A DNA stretch of 64,000 bases from Candidatus Riflebacteria bacterium HGW-Riflebacteria-1 (GCA_002839445.1 PGYB01000007.1:110558-174557), one strand, 5' to 3'; shown: positions 37,931 to 47,063, numbered from the stretch's first letter. Numbers and translations are program-made. Notes: generated by a model from the letters alone, not told the origin.

Positions 37931-40485
37931 AATTTTTGCGTGATTCAAGGCTCCCTGAGCGCATACTGGTCTTTATTACCGTTCTGGCCATCAGCAGCTT
38001 TGCCTATTATTTTACGGTAGCTGAAGTCGAGGAAATCGAAGACCGCTTCGATAATCGTCGCGTAATGCTGGTTAAAATGCTGGCGCATGAAGTCGTCGAC
38101 CTGCTCGATCGTCGTCTCGACTTGTCACCGCGCTTGTCCAACCTTCTGGCCGAAGAGGCAATTGCTTACGCTGCGGTTCAGCAGGCCGATGGCGCGCTGC
38201 TGGCCCGTGCCGAGAACTACTCGATGCCGGTAGGGGTGCTCGAAAAAATCGAAGAAGAAGCGCTTAAAACACCTCATCTCAAGCTGATTCCATTTAAAGA
38301 TACCTCGCGCACGTTCTCGCTGGTTGAAGCTGCAATTCCGCTGGTTGCTGCAAACGGCAAAAAAGTCATACTTCGCGTTGGTTTTTTTAAAGAAGCCGAA
38401 GAGCAGCGTGTTTCGCAGGTTCGCTTTCGCAACACTCTGCTGTTTTCTCTGGCGCTGTTGGGGCTGGCCGCTTACTGGTTTGTCAGAAAGCATCACGCTT
38501 CGAATCTTCAGCACACTTTGCTTGGCGGGTCTGCTCTGCTTATTCTTCTGCTGTTTATGGCCTCGCGAGTCACTTTGCACGGCTGGTATGAACAAAACTG
38601 GCGCGAAACATTCATCAGGCACTCTCTATATGTTGCCAAGATGCTGGTGCCTTCGTCGCTGCGCTTTATCGACACCGGTGAAGACAAAGATCTGCGTGAG
38701 TCTACACGCATTGTTTCTACTGATGAGGGTTTCGCTTCAGTCGCTCTGATACGAGATGAGCGGGTGATATTTCACTCTGACCCGACTCTTGCCGGTGCCA
38801 GTGCTGCCGAAGACCAGAATTATCTTAAGAGTCTCAATACCGATCAGCCGGTAATATTCAAACTCGACGATCAGGATATGTTTGAAGCGCTGATACCGGT
38901 TATGAACGGGCGTTTGCGCGTCGGCACCCTCAAGGTGGGCTTGCGCGGCAGCAATCGCTACGAAGCGCTGGCAATGATTCGCGATCGTCAGGCGCTGCTG
39001 TTTCTGCTGGCACTTGCGCTGATGATGCTGCTTATGCATCTAATTTCACGGCGCATCTCGAAAGAAATTTCCTGGTTCATTCAGGCGATGGAACAGGCTA
39101 CCGCCGGCGACCTGCGCCAGAATATCTATATTGAGCGCAACGACGAATTCGGGCAGCTCGCGCATGCCTTTAACTTTATGATCATGAGTATGAAAGAGCG
39201 CGACATGGTTGGTCGCGGGCTGCAGCAGTATGTCAGCCGCAGCATTGTTGAAAGAACCCTGAAGGCCCTTTCCGGCAACGAGAAGAACGGCGAGAAACTT
39301 TTTGCCGTATCGATCTTTTTGTATTTCAGCGGCATAGATGAAGCGATTTCACGGGTAGAGGGCAGCCGTATTTTTTCTGCCGCCGAGGAGTGCTTCAATA
39401 TTCTGCGGCGCGTGGCGCAACCCGGACCAAATGTCAGTATGCAGCTGTTTCCTTCGGGAGTGCTGGTTTTGTTTACCTATCCCAGCCGCCACGATTCATT
39501 GCTCAAGACGCTTAACGTTGCCCGTCTCGCTGCGCGCGATCTCGGCAGGCGCCAGGATCTGCCATTTTCCCCTAAACTGACTCTGCATGCCATGGAAATG
39601 GTGCGCGGGCAGATTGGTGAAAGCGAAGAATCGCTGGCGATGATCGGCGATGGTTTTGGTGATTTCAGAACGCTTGCCAGGGTTCAAGACAGCGACGAAG
39701 TGCTGGCCAGCCTCGAAATCAATCTGTTGCTGAAAGATGTGCTCAACTTTGATGAGCTTGAAGTGTTGTCGACCGAACAGGGGCGCATGAACGCTTATGT
39801 CGTCGGCAATTTTAAAGAGATTGTCGACCTTGTTGCTATTTTCCCGACTGCCACCTCCTGGACCAAAATCATGATTTTGCGCATTCTCAAGGCGTCTACC
39901 GAACTGGTCTCGCCTGAGACTTTGTTTGAATGGTTCAAAGATGCCGATGCCGACGTTCGTTACCATGTAATGGACGTAATCGAGCGGATTGCCGCCGACA
40001 AGGTGCGCAGTTTTGTCGAAAATGCGGTTAACACCGAGGCAGACTCGCGAGTGTTGTCGCGGTCTATTGCGGTTCTCGGCAAGGTTGGCAGCGAAGACCA
40101 CATTGCTGTTCTAACCGAAAAACTTCGTTCTGCTGACCGCCGTGTCAAGGCAAACGCCGTTGAGGCGCTCGAAGCAATCGGTGGCAAGCGTGTTTATGAA
40201 TTTCTCAATCTGCTGGTTGATGAGCAGGACAACCGGGTAAAGGCCAACATTCTCATCGCTCTCGGCAAATATGGCGATCTGAAGGTGTTTGAGCTGTTGA
40301 CGCGAATGATCAAGGATCCCGAGAACAACATGCGGGCTTCAGCCGCCTATGCTCTGGGCCGCCTCGGAATGGCGCAGGGGGTTGAGCCGCTGATCGGTGC
40401 TTTGTCAGACAAAGACCCCATGGTGCGGCGTCAGGTGGTTGCATCTTTAACCGCTCTTAAAGCTGATCTGGATATAGAAGTATAG
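37927..40485 (+). CDS. Membrane sensor: periplasmic domains, HAMP, degenerate class III nucleotide cyclase-like domain, HEAT repeats
   Basis: Several TM helices; RNDEFGQLAHAFNFM (HAMP); QYVSRSIVE linker; cyclase-like spacing without catalytic Asp; RVKANAVEAL and RASAAYALG HEAT repeats. Confidence 0.75.
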   Translation: MKFLRDSRLPERILVFITVLAISSFAYYFTVAEVEEIEDRFDNRRVMLVKMLAHEVVDLLDRRLDLSPRLSNLLAEEAIAYAAVQQADGALLARAENYSMPVGVLEKIEEEALKTPHLKLIPFKDTSRTFSLVEAAIPLVAANGKKVILRVGFFKEAEEQRVSQVRFRNTLLFSLALLGLAAYWFVRKHHASNLQHTLLGGSALLILLLFMASRVTLHGWYEQNWRETFIRHSLYVAKMLVPSSLRFIDTGEDKDLRESTRIVSTDEGFASVALIRDERVIFHSDPTLAGASAAEDQNYLKSLNTDQPVIFKLDDQDMFEALIPVMNGRLRVGTLKVGLRGSNRYEALAMIRDRQALLFLLALALMMLLMHLISRRISKEISWFIQAMEQATAGDLRQNIYIERNDEFGQLAHAFNFMIMSMKERDMVGRGLQQYVSRSIVERTLKALSGNEKNGEKLFAVSIFLYFSGIDEAISRVEGSRIFSAAEECFNILRRVAQPGPNVSMQLFPSGVLVLFTYPSRHDSLLKTLNVARLAARDLGRRQDLPFSPKLTLHAMEMVRGQIGESEESLAMIGDGFGDFRTLARVQDSDEVLASLEINLLLKDVLNFDELEVLSTEQGRMNAYVVGNFKEIVDLVAIFPTATSWTKIMILRILKASTELVSPETLFEWFKDADADVRYHVMDVIERIAADKVRSFVENAVNTEADSRVLSRSIAVLGKVGSEDHIAVLTEKLRSADRRVKANAVEALEAIGGKRVYEFLNLLVDEQDNRVKANILIALGKYGDLKVFELLTRMIKDPENNMRASAAYALGRLGMAQGVEPLIGALSDKDPMVRRQVVASLTALKADLDIEV

Positions 40486-40567
40486 AATTCCTGTCATATG
40501 TATCTGGCAACTGACAGGTTTGACTGCAGACTAAGCGTCTGCGTTTAACAAGAGAAGGAGTCATGCA

Positions 40568-41857
40568 ATGGATTTTAAGGAAGCCTATGCAAAGGGAACC
40601 GAAGCGCTAAAAGAAAATCGTCTGGAAGAGGCGAGAAGCCTGCTTGAGACTGCTCTCAAACTCAAACCCAACGATATTTACACCATGAACAAGCTGGCCA
40701 TGGTATTGAAAGAGCAGGGCGAATTTACTGCTGCCGAAGAGCTGCTCGCCGGCTGTCTTGAAGTAAAAAAAGAAGACCTCTATACAAATTATCTGCTCGG
40801 CAACACTTATCTTGAGCAGGGCGATGTCGACAAGGCAATTGAGACTCTGGAAAAGACAGTCAAAATGAACCCTTCTGACCGTTACGCGGTCAACTCTCTG
40901 GCTCTCGCCTATCGTATGAAGCGTGATTACGAAAAGTGCATCGAAATCCTGGAAAAGTCGCTGCAGAGCAATCCCAATGATATGTACAACAAGGTCAGTC
41001 TCGCGACTGTCATGTTCGAGATCGGCGATGCGCCGGCGGCAGTGCGCCTGGCAAAAGAGATCCTGAAAAAAGAAGCAAACAACGTTTCGGCGCTGGTTCT
41101 GCTTGGTCGTATCTCTATTGAAGAGGGGTCATATGTGACCGCACAGGGGCATTTTAACCAGGTTCTGTCGATAGACGCCAACAACAGTGAAGCGCACTAT
41201 TATATCGGGCGCATCTGCCTTGAGACTTCTACGCTTGAGGCCGCCAGAGAGCATTTCAGCGCCGCACTGCAGTATGATGCCGACAAGGTTTCGATTCTCA
41301 AGAATCTCGGCATGATTTTTCTCGACAAGGGCATGTACAGCGAGGCTGAAGAGCAGTTCGCCATGGCGGTGAATCTCAGTCCTGATGACGCGTTTGTGCT
41401 GAGTAATATGGGCAAGCTGCTGGTGCTGCAGGGGCGCCTTGACGATGGCATCATCTATCTCAAGAAGGCTATCGAAGTGCAGTCGGACTACGCTTTCGCC
41501 TATTACAACCTCGGCAAGGCTTATCAGGAAAAACGTGATTTTCCAAATGCCATTTATAACCTGATGTTCGCGTTGAATTTTGAACCTGATGATGTTTACG
41601 CGATAAATGTGCTTGGCAGAATGTTCTTAGATGTCGGCCTAAACGACAGGGCTTTGCGGACATTTGACCAGGTTCTGTCTGAATTTGACGCAGAAGACCG
41701 CTACGCAATGCTTGGCAAGTCAGATGCGCTCGAAGCCATGGGCCAGGCTCCCCGCGCCAAAGAAGTGCTGATGCAGCTTAAAAAAATTGCCGGTGCTGAT
41801 AAACTTCTCGTCGAAAAGATCGAAGGCCGGGTAACCCGCATGAACAAAAAGGGCTGA
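40568..41857 (+). CDS. Cytoplasmic multi-TPR protein
   Basis: About 11 consecutive 34-aa TPR-like units. Confidence 0.9.
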   Translation: MDFKEAYAKGTEALKENRLEEARSLLETALKLKPNDIYTMNKLAMVLKEQGEFTAAEELLAGCLEVKKEDLYTNYLLGNTYLEQGDVDKAIETLEKTVKMNPSDRYAVNSLALAYRMKRDYEKCIEILEKSLQSNPNDMYNKVSLATVMFEIGDAPAAVRLAKEILKKEANNVSALVLLGRISIEEGSYVTAQGHFNQVLSIDANNSEAHYYIGRICLETSTLEAAREHFSAALQYDADKVSILKNLGMIFLDKGMYSEAEEQFAMAVNLSPDDAFVLSNMGKLLVLQGRLDDGIIYLKKAIEVQSDYAFAYYNLGKAYQEKRDFPNAIYNLMFALNFEPDDVYAINVLGRMFLDVGLNDRALRTFDQVLSEFDAEDRYAMLGKSDALEAMGQAPRAKEVLMQLKKIAGADKLLVEKIEGRVTRMNKKG

Positions 41858-41860
41858 GCC

Positions 41861-42760
41861 GTGCTTAAAAGATTCAACCTGACTGTGCCTGTTGACCTCG
41901 AAGAACCGCTGCTCGGGCTGGCTGACCGTCTTGGTCTTTCGGCTTTTTCCAGCCCGCAGATTCGTGATGCCGTCGGAAAAGGCGAGACCGATTTTATTTT
42001 GACCGGCGAAACCATTGTCAGCTTTATCGCATCGACAGTTGAGCAGGATACAGCGGCAATCGAAGCCGAAATCGTCGCCTGGCTCAAGGATTTTGCGCTG
42101 GCACCGGCCTGTCTGAACTGCGAAGAATACGCCGACAACCAGGACTGGATGCTGGGCTTTCGTGAGCATTTCAAACCGATGCGCGTCGGCGACTCGATCA
42201 TTATCCGGCCACCCTGGGCAGAACCTCTGCCCGACGAAGACAGCGCGACCACGATACTCATTGATCCCGGCATGGCTTTTGGCACCGGGACTCACGAGAC
42301 TACCAGGCTCTGTCTCGAACTGCTCGAGCCCTTGAATCTGGCCGGGAGTTATTTTCTTGATATTGGTGCCGGCAGCGGTATTCTGGCATTTTACATGATG
42401 AAACGTGGTGCCAGCGGTGGTATCGCCGTTGAAATCGAGGGCGCGGCCGTCGAGAACATGAGAAAAAATGCGGCGCTGAACGGAATCTCTGATCGTCTGC
42501 AGATGTTGTGTGCCGATCTGGCAAGCTTCTCGCCGTCATTGCCGGCTGAAGGGCTTATCGCCAACATCACTTCGCCGGTTATTATCGAATATCTGCCGCT
42601 GATGTCGCAATGGGTGCGTTCCGGCTCATGGGGCGTTTTTTCAGGTGTTAACTCAACGAATGCTGATTCGGTTAAACAGGCTTTTGCCGCGAATGGCTGG
42701 CGCCTGGTCAACGAGATAACCGACGGCGACTGGCATGGCTTTTTCCTCAATCGCATTTGA
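41861..42760 (+). CDS. prmA: Ribosomal protein L11 methyltransferase
   Basis: IDPGMAFGTGTHETT and LDIGAGSGIL. Confidence 0.93.
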   Translation: MLKRFNLTVPVDLEEPLLGLADRLGLSAFSSPQIRDAVGKGETDFILTGETIVSFIASTVEQDTAAIEAEIVAWLKDFALAPACLNCEEYADNQDWMLGFREHFKPMRVGDSIIIRPPWAEPLPDEDSATTILIDPGMAFGTGTHETTRLCLELLEPLNLAGSYFLDIGAGSGILAFYMMKRGASGGIAVEIEGAAVENMRKNAALNGISDRLQMLCADLASFSPSLPAEGLIANITSPVIIEYLPLMSQWVRSGSWGVFSGVNSTNADSVKQAFAANGWRLVNEITDGDWHGFFLNRI

Positions 42761-42830
42761 AAAGCATTTGAACAGTATTTGAAGTAGCAGCAAAAGTAGC
42801 GTAAAGGCAGAAGTAGTGTAAAAAAGACAT

Positions 42831-42867
42831 AAAAAAAGGCCCAGGTCCTGAGACCTGGGCTTTTTTT
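42831..42867. terminator. Bidirectional intrinsic terminator
   Basis: A7-GCCCAGGTC...GACCTGGGC-T7. Confidence 0.85.
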
Positions 42868-42874
42868 ACGTAAG

Positions 42875-43786
42875 CTACTTCGAATTGCTCTGGCGAAGGA
42901 GAGTTACGTAGCGGTTGTATGCTTCACGATAGTCATTGAGAGCGGTCTGAGTATCGGTGCGAAGCAGGTTAGATCTGAGTTCCTCATCGGGGTTTTCGCT
43001 GCCGCCGATATTGGTAACCATGTTAATGTACTTGTTGTAGGCCTTGATGTATGCAGCATGAGCGCTTTTCAGCTCAGTTGAAGCATTGGCTGTCGGAGCG
43101 GGTTCGACTGAAGCGGTGACTGGTACGGTAGAAGCTACCGGGGCAGCTGCTGCAGATACCGGGATTTCGGCCGCTGGAGCCACACTTACCATCGGTGCGC
43201 CAACATTAGGACTTACAACAATTTCACTTGAAGGAGCAGAAACTGATACTGTGGGCAGTTTGTTGCTGTTGCCGATGGTCTGGTTCTGGCGTTTGTAGCG
43301 TTTCCACAAGAGATAGCCAACTACAGCTGCACCAACCAGGCACAGGGCCGGGATAAACAACGGGCTGCCAATGATGCCACCGACGAAACCGGCGATTCCT
43401 GAGAACACACTGCCGATTGCTCCACCGATTGCACCGAGAGCGCCTGCTACGAAGCCGCCTGCTGCACTGATGCCGCCCCAGATAGTAGCGCCAATTCCGG
43501 CTAAGCCGACTCCGGCTCCTGCTACTGCTGCTGTTGCTCCACCAGCGATGCCTGCTACTGATCCAGATGCAAATCCTACTGCGCTTGCAATGTATGGAGC
43601 TGCGAGAACCGCACCACCTACTGCTGCAACGCCAGCAAGAGCTGACTTAACTGGATTGTTCTTAACCGAATCTTTGATCTTCGAAAACAGACTTGCATTG
43701 GCAGTAACTGCTCCGAAGGCCGTCATGAACATGACTACGGCTAAGGTTGTTGCGAGAATTTTCATGAAACTACGTTTCAACCTCAT
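42875..43786 (-). CDS. Secreted/membrane glycine-zipper protein, paralogue of 4363..5136
   Basis: TAAGGAGG RBS before ATG 43786; signal peptide, long Gly/Ala hydrophobic block, Tyr-periodic C-terminal helices. Confidence 0.75.
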   Translation of the reverse strand: MRLKRSFMKILATTLAVVMFMTAFGAVTANASLFSKIKDSVKNNPVKSALAGVAAVGGAVLAAPYIASAVGFASGSVAGIAGGATAAVAGAGVGLAGIGATIWGGISAAGGFVAGALGAIGGAIGSVFSGIAGFVGGIIGSPLFIPALCLVGAAVVGYLLWKRYKRQNQTIGNSNKLPTVSVSAPSSEIVVSPNVGAPMVSVAPAAEIPVSAAAAPVASTVPVTASVEPAPTANASTELKSAHAAYIKAYNKYINMVTNIGGSENPDEELRSNLLRTDTQTALNDYREAYNRYVTLLRQSNSK

Positions 43787-43859
43787 AATGTCCCTCCTTA
43801 AAGGATCTGAACCAAAAAGAAACTTGATCCTTCCTCCTTTCGAAAATGTGAAATAATTA

Positions 43860-44036
43860 GGGTAGGTAGGTAACACGCTGATACTCGGGTAAGTATCGGG
43901 TATTAAAAGAAGCTCCGCTCGGGTAAGCGGAGCTCCAGTTTTCGTTATTCTGTACCGAACGTCAAACGAATTTGCGTTCTAGATACGCTTGTTTACTGGA
44001 TTCCGTTAGGTTTTTCAAAGACCTGCTTACATCTTG
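43860..44036 (-). ncRNA. Candidate structured 5' leader / attenuator RNA
   Basis: Predicted 3-way junction, a terminator hairpin and a second hairpin with identical UACCCG loops, between the promoter and the CDS. Confidence 0.5.
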
Positions 44037-44042
44037 CTTTAG

Positions 44043-44071
44043 ATTATAAGAATGGAATCCCGAAGCGTCAA
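44043..44071 (-). promoter_or_regulatory. sigma70-type promoter TTGACG-N17-TATAAT
   Basis: Near-consensus boxes with an exact 17-bp spacer and an AT-rich upstream region. Confidence 0.75.
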
Positions 44072-44081
44072 GGTACCTTTA

Positions 44082-44849
44082 TTATTTTGTCAACCCCATG
44101 GTGAGACTGAGGTTCATGCGAGTTTCGATTTTTTCTTTCTTGCCGGCGCCGAGGTCATTTTCCATTACCATGAGCATGTTGGAAGTAACTTCGTTCTTGA
44201 TCATGATGCCTTTTTTGTAGGCGAACCAGATGTTGCCGGTGGCTTTAACATCGAGGTTGATGCTGCCAGCTGCGCCCTGAGCGGTAGAAACGTCTGACTG
44301 CAGTTTAACACAGTCTTCGCCGCCGACTTTTTCAAAGCCCATAACGGTGTATTTAACGTTCATCGGGATCGGGAGCTGCGGATTAGCCGGAATATTAGAA
44401 GTCCAGCTTTCGCCCACGCCTACTGGCTTGGCGGGGAATTTGATCTGCATCTGGTTGAAGTTGCCACCCTGCTGATCCATGCCGGTTGAAGACAGGATTT
44501 CGCCGTTCTTAGCCATTTTCACACTGATGATCTGGCCAATGTTGGGGAGCTGTGTGGGGGTGTTGTTTACAGTGATAGTGCCATCGAGAATCGTGGTAGC
44601 CATATCGACGTTGCCGTCTTTGTCGACGCCGGTTACCTTCTGCTCAATTGTCATGGCAGTTTCGAGGTTGGTTCTCTGGGCTCTCTGGTAAGCAGTGACA
44701 ATGGTATTGCCACGGATATTCATCTTGTATTTGGCGGTAGTGCCGGCAGCCGGGTTGTACTGCAGGAGGACCTTCTCCTGGGCTGTGGCAGTAAAAGCCA
44801 CCGAGACAAGAACCAGAACGCTCAGAATAATCGAGATACGTTTCAACAT
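44082..44849 (-). CDS. Secreted beta-rich hypothetical protein (DUF6263-like)
   Basis: Signal peptide, LLQYNP, FPAKPVGVGESW. Confidence 0.65.
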   Translation of the reverse strand: MLKRISIILSVLVLVSVAFTATAQEKVLLQYNPAAGTTAKYKMNIRGNTIVTAYQRAQRTNLETAMTIEQKVTGVDKDGNVDMATTILDGTITVNNTPTQLPNIGQIISVKMAKNGEILSSTGMDQQGGNFNQMQIKFPAKPVGVGESWTSNIPANPQLPIPMNVKYTVMGFEKVGGEDCVKLQSDVSTAQGAAGSINLDVKATGNIWFAYKKGIMIKNEVTSNMLMVMENDLGAGKKEKIETRMNLSLTMGLTK

Positions 44850-45120
44850 TTAAACAAGTCTCCTTTCGCGAATCCATGAAGGGTGTCTACAATTTCGTCT
44901 TCAAGAGGCCGTTGTCTGTACCGCAAGCGGCACCAACAATCTGCCCGTAGCATGACATTAGCATAGTGCCTATACTGTGTCAAGTATTCCCATATTTAAT
45001 TATTTTCATTGGGATGTCCAGTAAAAGAAAATATTGCTGCGCAGCGGGCTTGTGAGATGACTGGTCAAAGTTGTTTAAATAAGTTATAATATGCAAAATC
45101 ACACATAAGGAAGCAGTCCC

Positions 45121-45537
45121 CTGAGTCAGCGAACCGAATTCGACCCCAGCTATTTCGAAGGTGTCTATTTCGAAAAACGTGTCTGGGTGCCATCTGCCAA
45201 AATTTCTAATTATCTGATGATGTTTACCCGTTTATACATTGGAGAAAATGACGACCTTGGCAAGTCTTCATTCAGAGATATAATAGTCACTCTCTCTGAG
45301 AGCGAGCTGGTGCCACGCACTCTTGTATTCTGGAACAATGCGGTCAAAGCCTGTGTTGAAGGAAGTCCTCTTGTGGCGACCATCAATAAGATAGAGAGAC
45401 TGGGTGTCAGGGTTCTGGTGGCCGGGCATGCACTCGACAAGCTCAATCTCAAAGCTGAAATGCGCGCCGGAAAGCTGGCCAACCACTTTGATCTGCTCGA
45501 TGCCATCAACCAGGTACAAAAAGTCGTAACTTTTTGA
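45121..45537 (+). CDS. DsrE/YedF-like protein, probable CTG start
   Basis: IG..DDLGK, P.TLVFWNNAVK and C-terminal KVVTF resemble YedF; frame is open back to CTG 45121 with AAGGAAG upstream. Confidence 0.65.
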   Translation: MSQRTEFDPSYFEGVYFEKRVWVPSAKISNYLMMFTRLYIGENDDLGKSSFRDIIVTLSESELVPRTLVFWNNAVKACVEGSPLVATINKIERLGVRVLVAGHALDKLNLKAEMRAGKLANHFDLLDAINQVQKVVTF

Positions 45538-45558
45538 GAAAAAAGCGTACATTTTTTG

Positions 45559-45587
45559 TTGACACCCTGAAAAGTTAATGTTAGTAT
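45559..45587 (+). promoter_or_regulatory. tRNA operon promoter TTGACA-N17-TAGTAT
   Basis: Consensus -35 with a 17-bp spacer just upstream of tRNA-Val. Confidence 0.7.
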
Positions 45588-45607
45588 CAATGACGTCATC
45601 TCGACAA

Positions 45608-45680
45608 GGGCGCTTAGCTCAGTTGGAAGAGCTCCTGGTTTACACCCAGGTGGTCGGCGGTTCGAGCCCGTCAGCGCCCA
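45608..45680 (+). tRNA. tRNA-Val(TAC)
   Basis: GGGCGCT...TTTACAC loop...GGTTCGAGCCC...AGCGCCCA. Confidence 0.95.
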
Positions 45681-45689
45681 TAGAAACTA

Positions 45690-45764
45690 GGATCGGTAGT
45701 TCAGTCGGTTTAGAACGCCGCCCTGTCACGGCGGAGGCCGCGGGTTCGAGTCCCGTCCGATCCG
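45690..45764 (+). tRNA. tRNA-Asp(GTC)
   Basis: GGATCGG...CTGTCAC loop...CCGATCCG. Confidence 0.95.
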
Positions 45765-45778
45765 TTCTAGTTTTAAAA

Positions 45779-45851
<73 letters not shown>

Positions 45852-45863
45852 TTTATTTTGCCC

Positions 45864-45935
45864 GGCGGCATAGCCAAGTGGTAAGGCGAAGGTCTGCAAA
45901 ACCTTTATTCATCGGTTCAAATCCGATTGCCGCCT
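45864..45935 (+). tRNA. tRNA-Cys(GCA)
   Basis: GGCGGCA...CTGCAAA loop...TGCCGCCT. Confidence 0.95.
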
Positions 45936-45994
45936 TGTGAAGGCGTTTTATGCCTTCCCCAACAGGCTCTCCAAACGGTAAGCCTTTCATATAA

Positions 45995-46069
45995 GGATCG
46001 GTAGTTCAGTCGGTTTAGAACGCCGCCCTGTCACGGCGGAGGCCGCGGGTTCGAGTCCCGTCCGATCCG
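45995..46069 (+). tRNA. tRNA-Asp(GTC), identical second copy
   Basis: Same sequence as 45690-45764. Confidence 0.95.
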
Positions 46070-46073
46070 ATCA

Positions 46074-46099
46074 AAAGCCACCATGACTGGTGGCTTTTT
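46074..46099 (+). terminator. Terminator of the tRNA operon
   Basis: AAAAGCCACCA-tgac-TGGTGGCTTTTT. Confidence 0.85.
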
Positions 46100-46430
46100 A
46101 GCATACCCTGAATGTTTCTAAGCTTAGAGCCGGCCCGCTTTTGCCATGCAGCAATGCTCCATTTGAATGCTGAAGAGTGTCCTAGAGGTATTTCGTTTTA
46201 CTTTTCCATGCATTTTCCACAGATCACGCAGATTGTTTTCGGATGCTGCAAAAAAACATATAAAAAACTCCTGAATAATCTGCGATAATCCTTTAATCTG
46301 CAGATAACTCTTCAAAAGAGCCGGTATAATTGTCGAGATTAGCTTGACCGGCGTGGGCGATCAGCAGAGTTTATTGCTGCTCCTGAATTGCTTCGCCTGG
46401 CGACTCTGCTGGTTCCTGAACTTCTGTGGG

Positions 46431-47063
46431 CTAGGGCTCTTCGGATGTTGCCGATGCAGTAGTCTCTGTAGAGTTCGCTGATTCTGGCGATGTGGCTGTC
46501 GTGTCTGGTAAAGCAGCTGGTTCGGCAGGTTTTACGGGTTCAGGCAGATCTTCTGATAGATCGGCAAAGTTATCGTCGCCCGCGTAGTTGCTGGCGTAAT
46601 CGCGCATGGCATGCAGGCTTGTGCTGCCGTATCCTTCTTCGCTGGCGTATATCTTGAACAGCCGCTGAAATTCTGCCGGGCATGCATCAATTTTTGTCGA
46701 TTGCGCGCGTTCGAGCACTATGCTGCGCAGCCTGGCGCGGCGGGCTTCGGCTGAGCCAATTACATTAAGAATAAAGCTTGTCAGGCCTTTTTCGGCCAGT
46801 TCCATCTGTAAGAACCAGGGTTGTGGTAGCAGAACCTTTTCCATGTGCAGTTTTGCCAGTTCTTTGGCAATTTTCGGATTGGCCGGCTCACCGGCCTGTC
46901 TGAGATGCAGTCTCGCAATCTGAGCGTCGAGATCATGCAACTGGTCGTTAATCGCGATTACTTCGGTTCTGGTGCCGTCAAAAATAAAATACAGCACCAT
47001 CACGGCAAGGCCAATTCCGAGGCAACTCATAAATAATCCAGCCAAAAAAATGTGCTTTTTCAT
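46431..47063 (-). CDS. Hypothetical single-pass membrane protein
   Basis: N-terminal TM helix, short coiled coil, S/T/E/P-rich tail. Confidence 0.6.
   Translation of the reverse strand: MKKHIFLAGLFMSCLGIGLAVMVLYFIFDGTRTEVIAINDQLHDLDAQIARLHLRQAGEPANPKIAKELAKLHMEKVLLPQPWFLQMELAEKGLTSFILNVIGSAEARRARLRSIVLERAQSTKIDACPAEFQRLFKIYASEEGYGSTSLHAMRDYASNYAGDDNFADLSEDLPEPVKPAEPAALPDTTATSPESANSTETTASATSEEP

Noticed and set aside
43787..43876. N-terminal extension of the 42875 ORF given in the ORF track
   Set aside because: A strong TAAGGAGG SD precedes ATG 43786 and the signal peptide starts there, so the extension is leader RNA
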